This document shows, in pieces, positions 28,843 to 37,460 of a stretch of 64,000 bases of DNA. This DNA is from a bacterium (GTDB lineage Bacteria > Chloroflexota > Dormibacteria > Aeolococcales > Bog-877). Made by a program: the position numbers and the translations under genes. Where the stretch lies: positions 25,052 through 89,051 of the forward strand of contig JAJYXT010000010.1 of the NCBI GenBank assembly GCA_021801645.1. Direction: 5' to 3'. Every line of letters starts with the position of its first letter. Positions within the stretch are counted from its first letter, which is position 1. The notes under the pieces were generated by a model. It made no database searches. It was not told the DNA's origin and saw only the letters and a list, made by a program, of their open reading frames with translations.

Positions 28843-30104
28843 ACGACGATCTGACTCCGGATGAGCTCTGGCTCGCCGAGGCCCTGACGGCGATAAGCCA
28901 TGGGCACCAGCCTGATGCCACCTTCATTCCGCGGCCTCCAAGCTCCCGGCGCCGAATCGGCACCATGGTCCTTTCGGGCATCCTGACCGCGGCCATCGTC
29001 TCCGTGGCGATCCTTCTCCCCCGGCTTGGATTCTCAGGGAGGCAGGGGATTCGTCACCCCGCCCCGACCACCCTGACCAAGGCGTGCCAAGTCCCGTTTC
29101 CGAGCGCTTGGACAGCCGCTCTCGCACGGAGTCGAACGGCCGCAACCACAGACTATATTTTCGCCGTCGCACCTGATGGAAGTGCGTATTTCACCGAAGT
29201 TCACTCACCCTCCTGGGCTGGTCTCGTAGAGGTTGACCGCGCGAGCGGTGTCACAACTCCAATCTATCAATTCCCGTCGTCAAGCTACCAAGTGGCACAG
29301 GGCGCATTTGATGGGCGCTGGCTAGTTGTCAGTCTTTCGACATCACCGTCCAGCCCGGGCGCTTCCAGCGTAATCGCCTGGGACGCGCAAACACGTCGAA
29401 TCACGACCATCGTTCCTTATGACGGCGCGGCCACCGATATCAGCTTCAGCCTCGACACGGCACCTCCGGGAACGAGTCAGGGGTGGCTGGAGTGGACAAT
29501 CGTTCCTGGTGGGGTGGGTGGTGGTGGGTATTTCTTGGCCGATCTGTCCGCGGGCACTCAACACCAACTTCACGTCGGCGGCCCCCCGGGACCAGCTTAC
29601 TTTGTGGGCCCCCTCTTCGTTTATGACGTCGTTTCACCCCAAGGGGCGGTAGCGGAGGGAGCGATCGACATGGGCTCCTGGAAGTCCACGACCATGGCCC
29701 CATCCCTGATCCCCAAGCTGAAGGCGGCCGCTGACAATGGTGTCGGCTCGATCAGCTCCTATGGAGCGGCTTGGGCAAGCCTTTCCGGGGCCCTTATCAT
29801 CTGGCCCCAAGGCACCGCGGGTCCGACTCAGTCGACCGTCGAGCTGGGTCAAGGTATCGATAGCGTGATCCAAGCTGGGCCAATGCTGGTCTTCTCCAAC
29901 GGCACTACTGGCGCCCAGTATCTCGTGGACATAACCTCTGATGCATATACCCAATTGCCGAGCGATTGGAGCGGGACGGCAACTGCGGGTAACCAGATGG
30001 TGTTCATCTCTCATGCGAGTTCTGGCGCGGGCAAGGCGGGTCCCACAGTTACAGGCATGGCAATCCTGGACGTTGCCGATCTCCCTTCCCTTCCGCGCTG
30101 CTGA
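28839..30104 (+). CDS. Single-TM protein with a large extracytoplasmic beta-rich domain; putative anti-sigma/sensor
   Basis: ATGA-coupled to the ECF sigma; ~40-aa N-terminus, TM (MVLSGILTAAIVSVAILL), propeller-like strands, terminal LPSLPRC. Confidence 0.75.
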   Translation: MNDDLTPDELWLAEALTAISHGHQPDATFIPRPPSSRRRIGTMVLSGILTAAIVSVAILLPRLGFSGRQGIRHPAPTTLTKACQVPFPSAWTAALARSRTAATTDYIFAVAPDGSAYFTEVHSPSWAGLVEVDRASGVTTPIYQFPSSSYQVAQGAFDGRWLVVSLSTSPSSPGASSVIAWDAQTRRITTIVPYDGAATDISFSLDTAPPGTSQGWLEWTIVPGGVGGGGYFLADLSAGTQHQLHVGGPPGPAYFVGPLFVYDVVSPQGAVAEGAIDMGSWKSTTMAPSLIPKLKAAADNGVGSISSYGAAWASLSGALIIWPQGTAGPTQSTVELGQGIDSVIQAGPMLVFSNGTTGAQYLVDITSDAYTQLPSDWSGTATAGNQMVFISHASSGAGKAGPTVTGMAILDVADLPSLPRC

Positions 30105-30106
30105 TC

Positions 30107-30463
30107 GTGCTAGCTGCCGTGGTTGTCGTGACCTGGGAGCAGGGAGCTATGGTCAGCGCCACCCTGGACTTGTGGCCGGGAGGACGGTCCGCGGAATTCT
30201 CCCTGTCGATCGGTCAAGCAATTGATGGCGTCGCGCAGGCGGGCCCGCTGGTGACCTGGACGAATGGGGAGGGCTCCATGTACATCGCCGACCTATGATC
30301 GCGCTCATTCGCCAGATTGCCCATGACTTGGGGTGGGGAGGATGGCTCTGCCGGAGCACTTCTGTATACGTGGAGTCCCAGCCCCCTGACGCAGAAGATC
30401 AGTCCCCTGTACACCAGCTCGATACTTCACGTCGCCAGCCTCCCTCCCCTGCCACATTGCTGA
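30107..30463 (+). pseudogene. Orphan paralogous copy of the C-terminal ~115 aa of the upstream gene, with one internal TGA
   Basis: LWPGG..LSIGQAIDGVAQAGPLVTWTNG..YIADL*..LPMTW..ILHVASLPPLPHC vs IWPQG..ELGQGIDSVIQAGPMLVFSNG..YLVDI..LPSDW..ILDVADLPSLPRC. Confidence 0.82.
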
Positions 30464-30619
30464 CCGTGACGCCCATCCCGGCCGCCTCGGCGCCACGCGA
30501 CGGGCCTTTCACCGCGCGCGAGTCCAACCAAAGCTCTCGAGGCGGCACCGACGCCGGTCAAAACGGGGGCGGGCGGTTTTGGGTGACACGGCCATGGCCC
30601 CCGGCGGCCGCGGCGAAAT

Positions 30620-31012
30620 TTAGCAGCGCACCACCGGGAGCGTCGCGTCGAGCCGACGAATGTCTTGTGGATCACTGGTGACGACCGTCGCGCGGAGCCG
30701 GCGGGCCAGCAGTGCCACGCTCGAGTCGACAATGTCCGCCGTGTCGGTCAACCCACATAGGGCGCCAGTGGCCCGTGCCTCGGCAAGGTCGAGGGAAGTT
30801 ACCTCAAGGCTGGTGGAGCTGATCAGGCGAGCCAGCCGCACTTGGCGGCCGCCATCGCGCCAAACCTGGGCAACGACCCCAGCGGGGACGTGAAGCACCC
30901 GGTCATGCTCGACTGCCAGCTCCACCAAGCGAAGCATGAGCCGGTCGGCACGCTCGAAGGCAATCAGGGCGCCGGCGTCGAGGACTACAGGCCGAGGACT
31001 TGACGAGCCCAT
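30620..31012 (-). CDS. PIN-domain (VapC-like) toxin
   Basis: VVLDAGALIA, DIVDSSVA, VVTSDPQDI acidic PIN motifs; overlaps the antitoxin 3' end. Confidence 0.87.
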   Translation of the reverse strand: MGSSSPRPVVLDAGALIAFERADRLMLRLVELAVEHDRVLHVPAGVVAQVWRDGGRQVRLARLISSTSLEVTSLDLAEARATGALCGLTDTADIVDSSVALLARRLRATVVTSDPQDIRRLDATLPVVRC

Positions 31013-31212
31013 TCGTCCTCTGCTGAGGTGACCGGCCCAGCTTCAGCCCGCATCTCCGCCAAGAGGTCCGCGAGCGCTAGGCGCCTCACCTTCTCCTCCA
31101 TAGCCTGGTCGACCCATGCGCTCAGCGAGGGAGCGTGACCGCGGGCGACCGCCTCCCCCGCAGCCGCCAGGACCTCTGGCCGAACTGTGATCGTCACCCT
31201 GGATCGCTGCAT
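30985..31212 (-). CDS. Ribbon-helix-helix-type antitoxin
   Basis: MQRSRVTITVRPEVL...SLSAWVDQAM...EDEWARQVLGL; TATGAT -10 box 6 nt before the ATG. Confidence 0.8.
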   Translation of the reverse strand: MQRSRVTITVRPEVLAAAGEAVARGHAPSLSAWVDQAMEEKVRRLALADLLAEMRAEAGPVTSAEDEWARQVLGL

Positions 31213-31300
31213 ACGATCATCATACTCGCTGCGGACGGTCATCAGCTGCCGGCCCTGCCCGCCCGGCCACCCCATCTTCCGGCCCGTCTCACTGGCCCTA

Positions 31301-32443
31301 TCAACGCCCTTTGCCGCCCGGATCACCTGCAGGCGAGATGATCGCACCCATCACTTGGGCTGCCTCGCGCTGCATGGTCTCGGTGACGTGCGAGTAGCGG
31401 TTCAGCGTTATCGCCACCGTCGTATGCCCGAGCATCTCGGCCGCGATCTTCGGGTGCACCCCGCCACCCAGGAGCAGAGTAGCCGCGGTATGGCGGAGAT
31501 CGTGAAACCTCAAAGTCGGCAACCCCGCCCGGCGCAGCAGGGGAACGAAGTGGCGCCGGATCAGGTGGTCGCGCTGCATGGGACCGCCGATCACGTTCGG
31601 GAACACCAGATCGTGATCGACCCAGATGGCTCCCATCCTCTCGCGCTCCACCGCCTGCAGGGATCGATGCCGGATCAAGGCCGCCACCGAGGGCGGAGCG
31701 AGCACCACTTGGCGTCTCGACCGCGCCGTCTTGGGGGCCGTGACCGCGAGCCCCTGATCGTCGCGCGTCAGCGTCCCGGTCACTTGGAGCGTGGCCGCGT
31801 CCAGGTTGACATCTCGCCAGCGAAGGGCGAGCAACTCGCCCTGGCGCAGCCCGGTGGTGACCGCGACCACGAACAGCGCCTCGAACCGATCCCCGGCGGC
31901 TGCAGCGCACAACGCCCGCACCTGACCCGGGTTCAGGGTGCGCAACTCTGTTTCGGCCATCCGCGGGGGATGGACCAACCCCACCACGTTCCTGGACAAC
32001 GCTCCCCAGCGCACCGCATCCTCGAGAGCTCGATGCAGCAGCATGTGAGCGTGATGGACGGTTGTTGGACTGATGCCCTCGGCCAACATCCGCTCATGGA
32101 GGAGTCCGACATGCTGCGGAGCCAGCTTCACAAGCCGGACTCGCCCCAGCACGGGCAGGATATGGACGCGCCCCAATTGTTCGTAGCGGCGCCAAGTAGC
32201 GGGCCGGATGGTTGTCTTGACGCTGGGCAGCCAGGTTCTCCAGAAGCCCGCCAGGGTCACCTGCTGGGGTGGCACTGGCACCCCGTCCTGAGCCGCCCTC
32301 AGGGCCGACGTCAACTTCCGATGCACCGAATCGCGAGTGGGTCCGTAGAACGAACGACGTCTGCCCTCCCACGTGATGCGCGCCTCCCAGCGGCCGTCCT
32401 CACGACGCCGGATCGACCCCTCTGCGTTCGCTCGTCGTGTCAT
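31301..32443 (-). CDS. Tyrosine recombinase/integrase (intact)
   Basis: TGLRQGE (R), APKT (K), FHDLRH (HxxR), LGH, RYSH (Y); N-terminal EGSIRRREDGRWEA. Confidence 0.95.
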   Translation of the reverse strand: MTRRANAEGSIRRREDGRWEARITWEGRRRSFYGPTRDSVHRKLTSALRAAQDGVPVPPQQVTLAGFWRTWLPSVKTTIRPATWRRYEQLGRVHILPVLGRVRLVKLAPQHVGLLHERMLAEGISPTTVHHAHMLLHRALEDAVRWGALSRNVVGLVHPPRMAETELRTLNPGQVRALCAAAAGDRFEALFVVAVTTGLRQGELLALRWRDVNLDAATLQVTGTLTRDDQGLAVTAPKTARSRRQVVLAPPSVAALIRHRSLQAVERERMGAIWVDHDLVFPNVIGGPMQRDHLIRRHFVPLLRRAGLPTLRFHDLRHTAATLLLGGGVHPKIAAEMLGHTTVAITLNRYSHVTETMQREAAQVMGAIISPAGDPGGKGR

Positions 32444-32929
32444 CTCGGCACCACGCCCCGAGAGAACCGTCTGCAGAGTCGAGCCAGGCCACGCTCAGAA
32501 CCTTCGGCCCAGCCGTCTGGGATGCCGCCCGGCAGTCTCCGGCGATGCCCCCTGGCCACTGGCCACTCCGGTCGATCCCCTTCCCGGCCGTGAGCCCGAT
32601 CTCGCGCCGAAGTACTCAGCCTGGCGCACCAGTTGCAGCCCACGCGCTCAAGCTCCCATCGCTGAGAGTCGTCGAGATAGTTCATGCCATAGGCTTGAGT
32701 CCGCCGAGGGGCCCTCAATGGGGCGGCATGGTGACCGCCGGCAGCCCTCGTCTCGCGATTTCTACATCGACAACGGGAGTACTCGTGAGCAGGGCGGGTC
32801 AGCACTCGTTGCCATTGGTGTGACCATGCTCAAGGACTGGGCGATTGTCCTCCCGCCTGTCACCGCCCTCACTGCCACCCGGGCAGCCGATCGGAGGTGC
32901 CAGCCTATGGGTCAGCGACCCATCCGAAG

Positions 32930-33390
32930 TCAGCACGTATTTTCCCACCACTGTGTGACAGGGCCAGTGGTGGGTGAGCCTGCCCGGGAACCCCACCTGG
33001 CGAGCAGCAGCTGCCGGCTCTCCTCGACCGAGCAGTCGACCGCCTGAAACTCCTCCACGGTCTCATGGGCGAAGACCGCCCGGTCCGGGTGCGGCCGCAG
33101 CAGACAGGCGTTGTCGCTGTCTAGCAGGATGACGCTGTTGACGGCGCCTCTGACTCAAACGGCAACAGTGCCGTCGAGGGTGGCCTTCAGCTGCCCCAGC
33201 ACCGCCTCGGCATCCGGACTCTTGGGGGAACCCAACGAGGTGGTGACCACCGGATCTCCCGAGCCCGGTGATCGCACAGGGCCGCCCCGTGGCCGCCTGT
33301 TGGGCGGCACGGGCGGCCCGGTCGTCGCCAAGGTCGCGGACCGTCAGTTCGCCCACCTCATCCACCACGACCAGGATCCGGGGCCAGTCG
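32930..33390 (-). pseudogene. FtsK/SpoIIIE-type ATPase remnant
   Basis: RILVVVDEVGEL (Walker B)...GLGRSGGHHLV, frameshift near 33220, then PDAEAVLGQLKATLDGTVAV*VRGAVNSVILLD; internal TGA at 33155-33157. Confidence 0.7.
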
Positions 33391-33708
33391 GCTGGGGCAG
33401 ATGAGCCAGTGACGAGACCAGACGTTGGTCGGCTTGCGTGGGCCAACCCCGGCCCCGCCGATGGAGCTGCCTGGCATAACGGTTCGGGGAACACCCCTCC
33501 CCGCACCTTTGGCCCGCCGCCAGCAGGGGCCGACACAATCACGAAGGTGCCGAACAAGGCGAGTGAGTGGTGATCCGCGCGTGGCACCCCGCTCCGGCGG
33601 CCAAGCGTCCCCACTGCCGCGCGCGGGTTGGGGTCAACTTAGGGGTCAAGCGTCCTCAGTGACCTACCCCATACCCCGCCAATTGGCCCGATTTGATCTC
33701 AAATCCGC

Positions 33709-33782
33709 TGGAGGCGACTCCGGGAATCGAACCCGGGATCGCGGTTTTGCAGACCGCTGCCTTACCACTTGGCTAAGTCGCC
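33709..33782 (-). tRNA. tRNA-Cys(GCA)
   Basis: GGCGACTTAGCCAAGTGGTAAGGCA-GCGGT-CTGCAAA-ACCGC-GATCCCGGGTTCGATTCCCGGAGTCGCCTCCA; TACAAT -10 box at 33796-33801. Confidence 0.97.
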
Positions 33783-33856
33783 CAGACCCGAATTCATTGT
33801 ACCGGCAACGGCACGGCTCGCCCCCGATCTCGGGCCAACGTGCCTACACTCCGCCG

Positions 33857-35299
33857 ATGGCAGCTAGGTGCTTCCCCGGGCTTCCCCACGGCTGGTGTGG
33901 GGTCAGGAGCTGCGGCACCGCCGTGGTCCTCGTCCTGACGTTGGCCGCCTGCGGCGGCGTCACTCGTGCCCGCCCGAGCCCTTCTGCTCCCAGCGCGGCT
34001 GCCCCGGCGCCACCCCCCTCCCCACTCGCCAGCCCGCTGGTCACCGCCAGCTGGCCCGTGTACCACCAGAACCCGGAGCGGACCGGTATCTCGGAGAACA
34101 CGCCCGCCCCGGCATCCCTCACGGTGGGATGGCGGGCCAGACTGGACGGCGCGGTGTACGGGCAGCCACTGGCGGTGGCGGGGGAGATCCTGGCGGCCAC
34201 GGAGAACGACACGGTGTACGCCCTCTCCCCCGCCACGGGGGCAATCCTCTGGAGTACCCACCTGGGCACACCGGTTGAGGGAGGGCTCCCCTGTGGGGAC
34301 ATCCTGCCCCTCGGGATCACGGGGACGGTCGCCTACGACCCCCTGACCGAGACCCTATTCGCCGTGGCTGAGGAGGCCGGCTTCCGCCACATCCTGTACG
34401 GCTTGGACCCCCTGAGCGGAGCGGTCCGCTGGTCCCGGCGGGTGGACATCCAGATCCCCTCCGAGGACCCGGCGGCGGTCCAGCAGCGCCCCGCGCTGGC
34501 CATCGCCAACGGCTACGTCTACATCGGCTTCGGCGGGCTGGATGGCGACTGCGCCCAGTACCGAGGGGCGGTGGAGGCCATCCCCACGGGCGGCAACGGG
34601 GCCACGCTGACCTACGTCGTTCCAACCGCGCGCGAGGGGGCGGTGTGGGCCACCGGGGGGCCAGTCGTCGAGCCGGACGGCAACCTCCTTGTCTCGACCG
34701 GCAACGGGGCGGCCTTCTCCGGCGCCTGGGACCACACCGACTCGGTTCTCGAGCTCTCCCCGACCCTCGGACTGGTCGCCGCGTTCGCCCCGTCCCGATG
34801 GGGCTACGACAACGCCCACGATCTGGACCTGGGTTCGGTCTCCCCCACCATCCTCCCGGACGGATACGTCTTCATCGCCGGCAAGAGCGGGGTGGGCTAC
34901 GTCCTTCGCCAGTCTAGTTTGGGGGGCGTGGGTGGCCAGGTGGCCAGCGGTATCACCTGCCTTGGCCAGATGGCGTTCGGGGGGACGGCCGTGGAACAGG
35001 ATGTCGTCTACCTCCCCTGTGCCAACGGCGTGCAGTCTGTCGCGGTCGCCGCTGGGGGGAGCTTCTCTGTCCTCTGGTCCACCGGCTGTGGCGCCAACGG
35101 GCCGCCGGTCCTCGGGGGAGGGGCGGTGTTCAGCGTGGATACCAACACCGGAGTCCTCTTCGCCCTCTCGCAGAGCTCGGGCCAGGTCCTGGCCCACCTC
35201 CCGATCGGACTGGTTCCCCACTTCACGAGCCCCTCCCTGGTTGGCTCAGATGCCTATGTCGGCACCGACTCCGGGGTGGTGATGGTCCAGGGAGCCTGA
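33857..35299 (+). CDS. PQQ-like beta-propeller lipoprotein
   Basis: Lipobox LAAC, Pro-rich linker, WPVYH, YALSPATGAILW repeats, DLDLGS; TACACT 6 nt before the ATG. Confidence 0.82.
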   Translation: MAARCFPGLPHGWCGVRSCGTAVVLVLTLAACGGVTRARPSPSAPSAAAPAPPPSPLASPLVTASWPVYHQNPERTGISENTPAPASLTVGWRARLDGAVYGQPLAVAGEILAATENDTVYALSPATGAILWSTHLGTPVEGGLPCGDILPLGITGTVAYDPLTETLFAVAEEAGFRHILYGLDPLSGAVRWSRRVDIQIPSEDPAAVQQRPALAIANGYVYIGFGGLDGDCAQYRGAVEAIPTGGNGATLTYVVPTAREGAVWATGGPVVEPDGNLLVSTGNGAAFSGAWDHTDSVLELSPTLGLVAAFAPSRWGYDNAHDLDLGSVSPTILPDGYVFIAGKSGVGYVLRQSSLGGVGGQVASGITCLGQMAFGGTAVEQDVVYLPCANGVQSVAVAAGGSFSVLWSTGCGANGPPVLGGGAVFSVDTNTGVLFALSQSSGQVLAHLPIGLVPHFTSPSLVGSDAYVGTDSGVVMVQGA

Positions 35300-35303
35300 G
35301 GGC

Positions 35304-36584
35304 TCAGGCGCCGGCCGCCGCCAGGAGGGCACGGATCAGGTGGTGAGGATCCTGGGCGCCGCCCAGCTCACGGGCCGAGTGCATGGCGAGAACGGGAAGC
35401 CCCAGGTCGATCGTCTCGACCGCCAGCTGAGCCGCCAGGCTCGGCCCGACAGTGGAGCCGCAGGGCACATCTCCCCTGGCGGAGAACCACTGCACGGGAA
35501 TGCCCTGATCCCGGCAAGCGGCGATGAACCAGCCGGCGCCGGGAGCGGCGGTGGCGTAGCGCTGCTGCGAGTTGATCTTGATCGCCGGTCCCCCGTTGGG
35601 GAGGCAGAGGTGGGAGGGTTCGTACCGCTCCAGGTAATTGGGATTGGCGGCATGGGTCACGTCCACCGAGAGCAGGCGGGACCGGGAAAGCGACTGGAGG
35701 TGCTCCGCCCTCCCGCCACCCAGGCCCAGGGTCAGGCGCTCGAGCAGCTGTGGGAAGGCCTGGCCGGCCGCGCCGGTGGAGCTGACGCTGCCAACCTCCT
35801 CGTGGTCGAAGAGCGCGACCACCACCGGCCGCGTTACGCCCTCGCCCATCTCCACGAGAGCACGTATGGCGCAGTAGCAGGACAGCAGGTTATCGAGCCG
35901 GGCAGAGCTCACGAATTCGCGGTCCGCGCCTGCCACCACCGGCGGCTCAAGCGGCCACAGCATGGCGTCCAGGGCCAGGAGCTGGTCCCCTTCGACCCCC
36001 AGGCTGGCCGCCACCCTCGAATGGATCCGCCCCACCTCGCCCAGTCCCCAGACCGGCGCGAGCTGGGTCTGCGGGTTGAGGACCAGGCCCCGCTCGTTCA
36101 CTCCGGTATCGAGATGTACCGCCAGCTGCGGAACGCGGGCGACCGGCTCCGCCCAGATGAAGAGTCGCTGCTCCACCCCGGTGCCCGTACTCACCGCAGC
36201 CCTACCGGCCAGACCAAGGTCGCGGTCCAGCCATGAGTTGAGGAGCGGCCGACCGTACACCTCGACCGCCAGCTGCCGGTAACCGGACCGTCCGAGATCA
36301 GGATGGGGGCGGAGCCGCAAACCGGGGCTGTCGGTGTGGGCCGCGACGAGGGTCAGGCCATCGCCGGGCCGGGTGTCGGGGGGAACGAGAAAGGCGAAAA
36401 GGGTGCCTCCGGAGATGAGGTAATGGGCACCGCGAGGATCCTCCCAGCCCTTATCCTCCATCTCGGTGAACCCCGCATCCCTCAGCTGCTCCGAGCCGAG
36501 GCGAGCTGCGTGGTAGGGAGTGGGGGCGGAGGCGAGAAACGCAATCAGTCGAAGCGCCTCCTCCTCGGGTGATCCCAGAGCCAC
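35304..36584 (-). CDS. M18 family (aspartyl) aminopeptidase
   Basis: AAHTDSP, SWLDRDL, RLDNL.S, FDHEEVGS, CGSTVGP, LAMHSARE. Confidence 0.92.
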   Translation of the reverse strand: MALGSPEEEALRLIAFLASAPTPYHAARLGSEQLRDAGFTEMEDKGWEDPRGAHYLISGGTLFAFLVPPDTRPGDGLTLVAAHTDSPGLRLRPHPDLGRSGYRQLAVEVYGRPLLNSWLDRDLGLAGRAAVSTGTGVEQRLFIWAEPVARVPQLAVHLDTGVNERGLVLNPQTQLAPVWGLGEVGRIHSRVAASLGVEGDQLLALDAMLWPLEPPVVAGADREFVSSARLDNLLSCYCAIRALVEMGEGVTRPVVVALFDHEEVGSVSSTGAAGQAFPQLLERLTLGLGGGRAEHLQSLSRSRLLSVDVTHAANPNYLERYEPSHLCLPNGGPAIKINSQQRYATAAPGAGWFIAACRDQGIPVQWFSARGDVPCGSTVGPSLAAQLAVETIDLGLPVLAMHSARELGGAQDPHHLIRALLAAAGA

Positions 36585-36637
36585 ACTCCCATCTTCGCAG
36601 CTACCCCCACCGGGACCCAAGTGCCGACAATGTCCGG

Positions 36638-37456
36638 ATGGCACAGGACCCGGAGGCGGAGCAGTCGTCACAACCCTCAAGCGGTCTCCTCGTGGAGTCG
36701 GCCGGCGCCGTCACCACCCTGACCCTGGACCGGCCGGAGAGGCTCAACTCCCTCGACCGGGAGCTCTCCTTGGCTCTTATCGCCGCGGTCGAGACCGTTG
36801 ACCAAGATCCCGCCTGCCGCTGCCTGGTGATCACCGGTGCCGGTCGCGCCTTCTGTGCAGGGCAGTACCTCGGCAAGGAGGGGGAGAACGAGCTGCCAGA
36901 GGACGTAGCGCAGCTCATCCGGGAGAGGTACACCCCTCTGGTTCTCGGGCTGCGGCGGCTGCGGATTCCGGTGCTGGCGGCGGTCAACGGGCTGGCCACG
37001 GGCGCGGGGCTCTCGCTCGCCCTGGCTGCGGACCTCCGGGTCTGCTCGGACTCCGCCTGGTTCAGCTGCGGCTTCGCCCAGATCGGTCTGGTCCCGGATT
37101 CGGGGGCAACCTACTTCCTGGCCCGACTCCTCGGCCCGGGCCGGGCGCTGCACCTGGCCCTCTCCGGCCGTCGACTGACCGCCGAGGAGGCTCTGGCGGA
37201 GGGGCTGGTGTCGGCCGTATTCCCAGCGGCGAGCTTCCGGGAGCAGGCGGAGGGGCTGGCCGAGCAGCTCGCCCAAGGTGCCACCGCGGCCCTGGGGATG
37301 ACCAAGCGCCTCATCTACGACGCGCTGGACTCCGGCCTCGAGGAACAGCTGGAGCGGGAGGCCTGGTTCCAGCAGGAGGCGTCGGAGACTCAGGACTTCC
37401 TGGAGGGTCTGGCCGCCTTCCGGGAGCGCCGGCCCCCTCACTTCACAGGAGGCTGA
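36638..37456 (+). CDS. Enoyl-CoA hydratase/isomerase (PaaG-like)
   Basis: DRPERLNS, GRAFCAG, AAVNG.ATGAG, GLVPDSG, AFRERRPP.F.G. Confidence 0.9.
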   Translation: MAQDPEAEQSSQPSSGLLVESAGAVTTLTLDRPERLNSLDRELSLALIAAVETVDQDPACRCLVITGAGRAFCAGQYLGKEGENELPEDVAQLIRERYTPLVLGLRRLRIPVLAAVNGLATGAGLSLALAADLRVCSDSAWFSCGFAQIGLVPDSGATYFLARLLGPGRALHLALSGRRLTAEEALAEGLVSAVFPAASFREQAEGLAEQLAQGATAALGMTKRLIYDALDSGLEEQLEREAWFQQEASETQDFLEGLAAFRERRPPHFTGG

Positions 37457-37460
37457 GCGT

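Larger units (their letters stand above)
28018..33708. mobile_element. Integrative element (~5.7 kb) inserted at the tRNA-Cys 3' end
   Basis: Flanked by the 45-bp direct repeat; carries integrase, TA pair and FtsK relic; paired GGGGTC repeats near both ends. Confidence 0.88.

Noticed and set aside
30107..30463. Diversity-generating retroelement template repeat, or selenocysteine read-through at TGA 30296
   Set aside because: There is no reverse transcriptase in the window, and divergence from the parent gene is extensive rather than adenine-specific. The TGA aligns to a non-Cys position and is more simply a nonsense mutation.
31187..32593. 468-aa plus-strand ORF
   Set aside because: Antisense to the intact integrase; no recognisable domain.
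33425..33856. N-terminal extension of the PQQ-like protein given in the ORF track
   Set aside because: It runs across tRNA-Cys and the att arm; the lipoprotein signal and -10 box point to ATG 33857.
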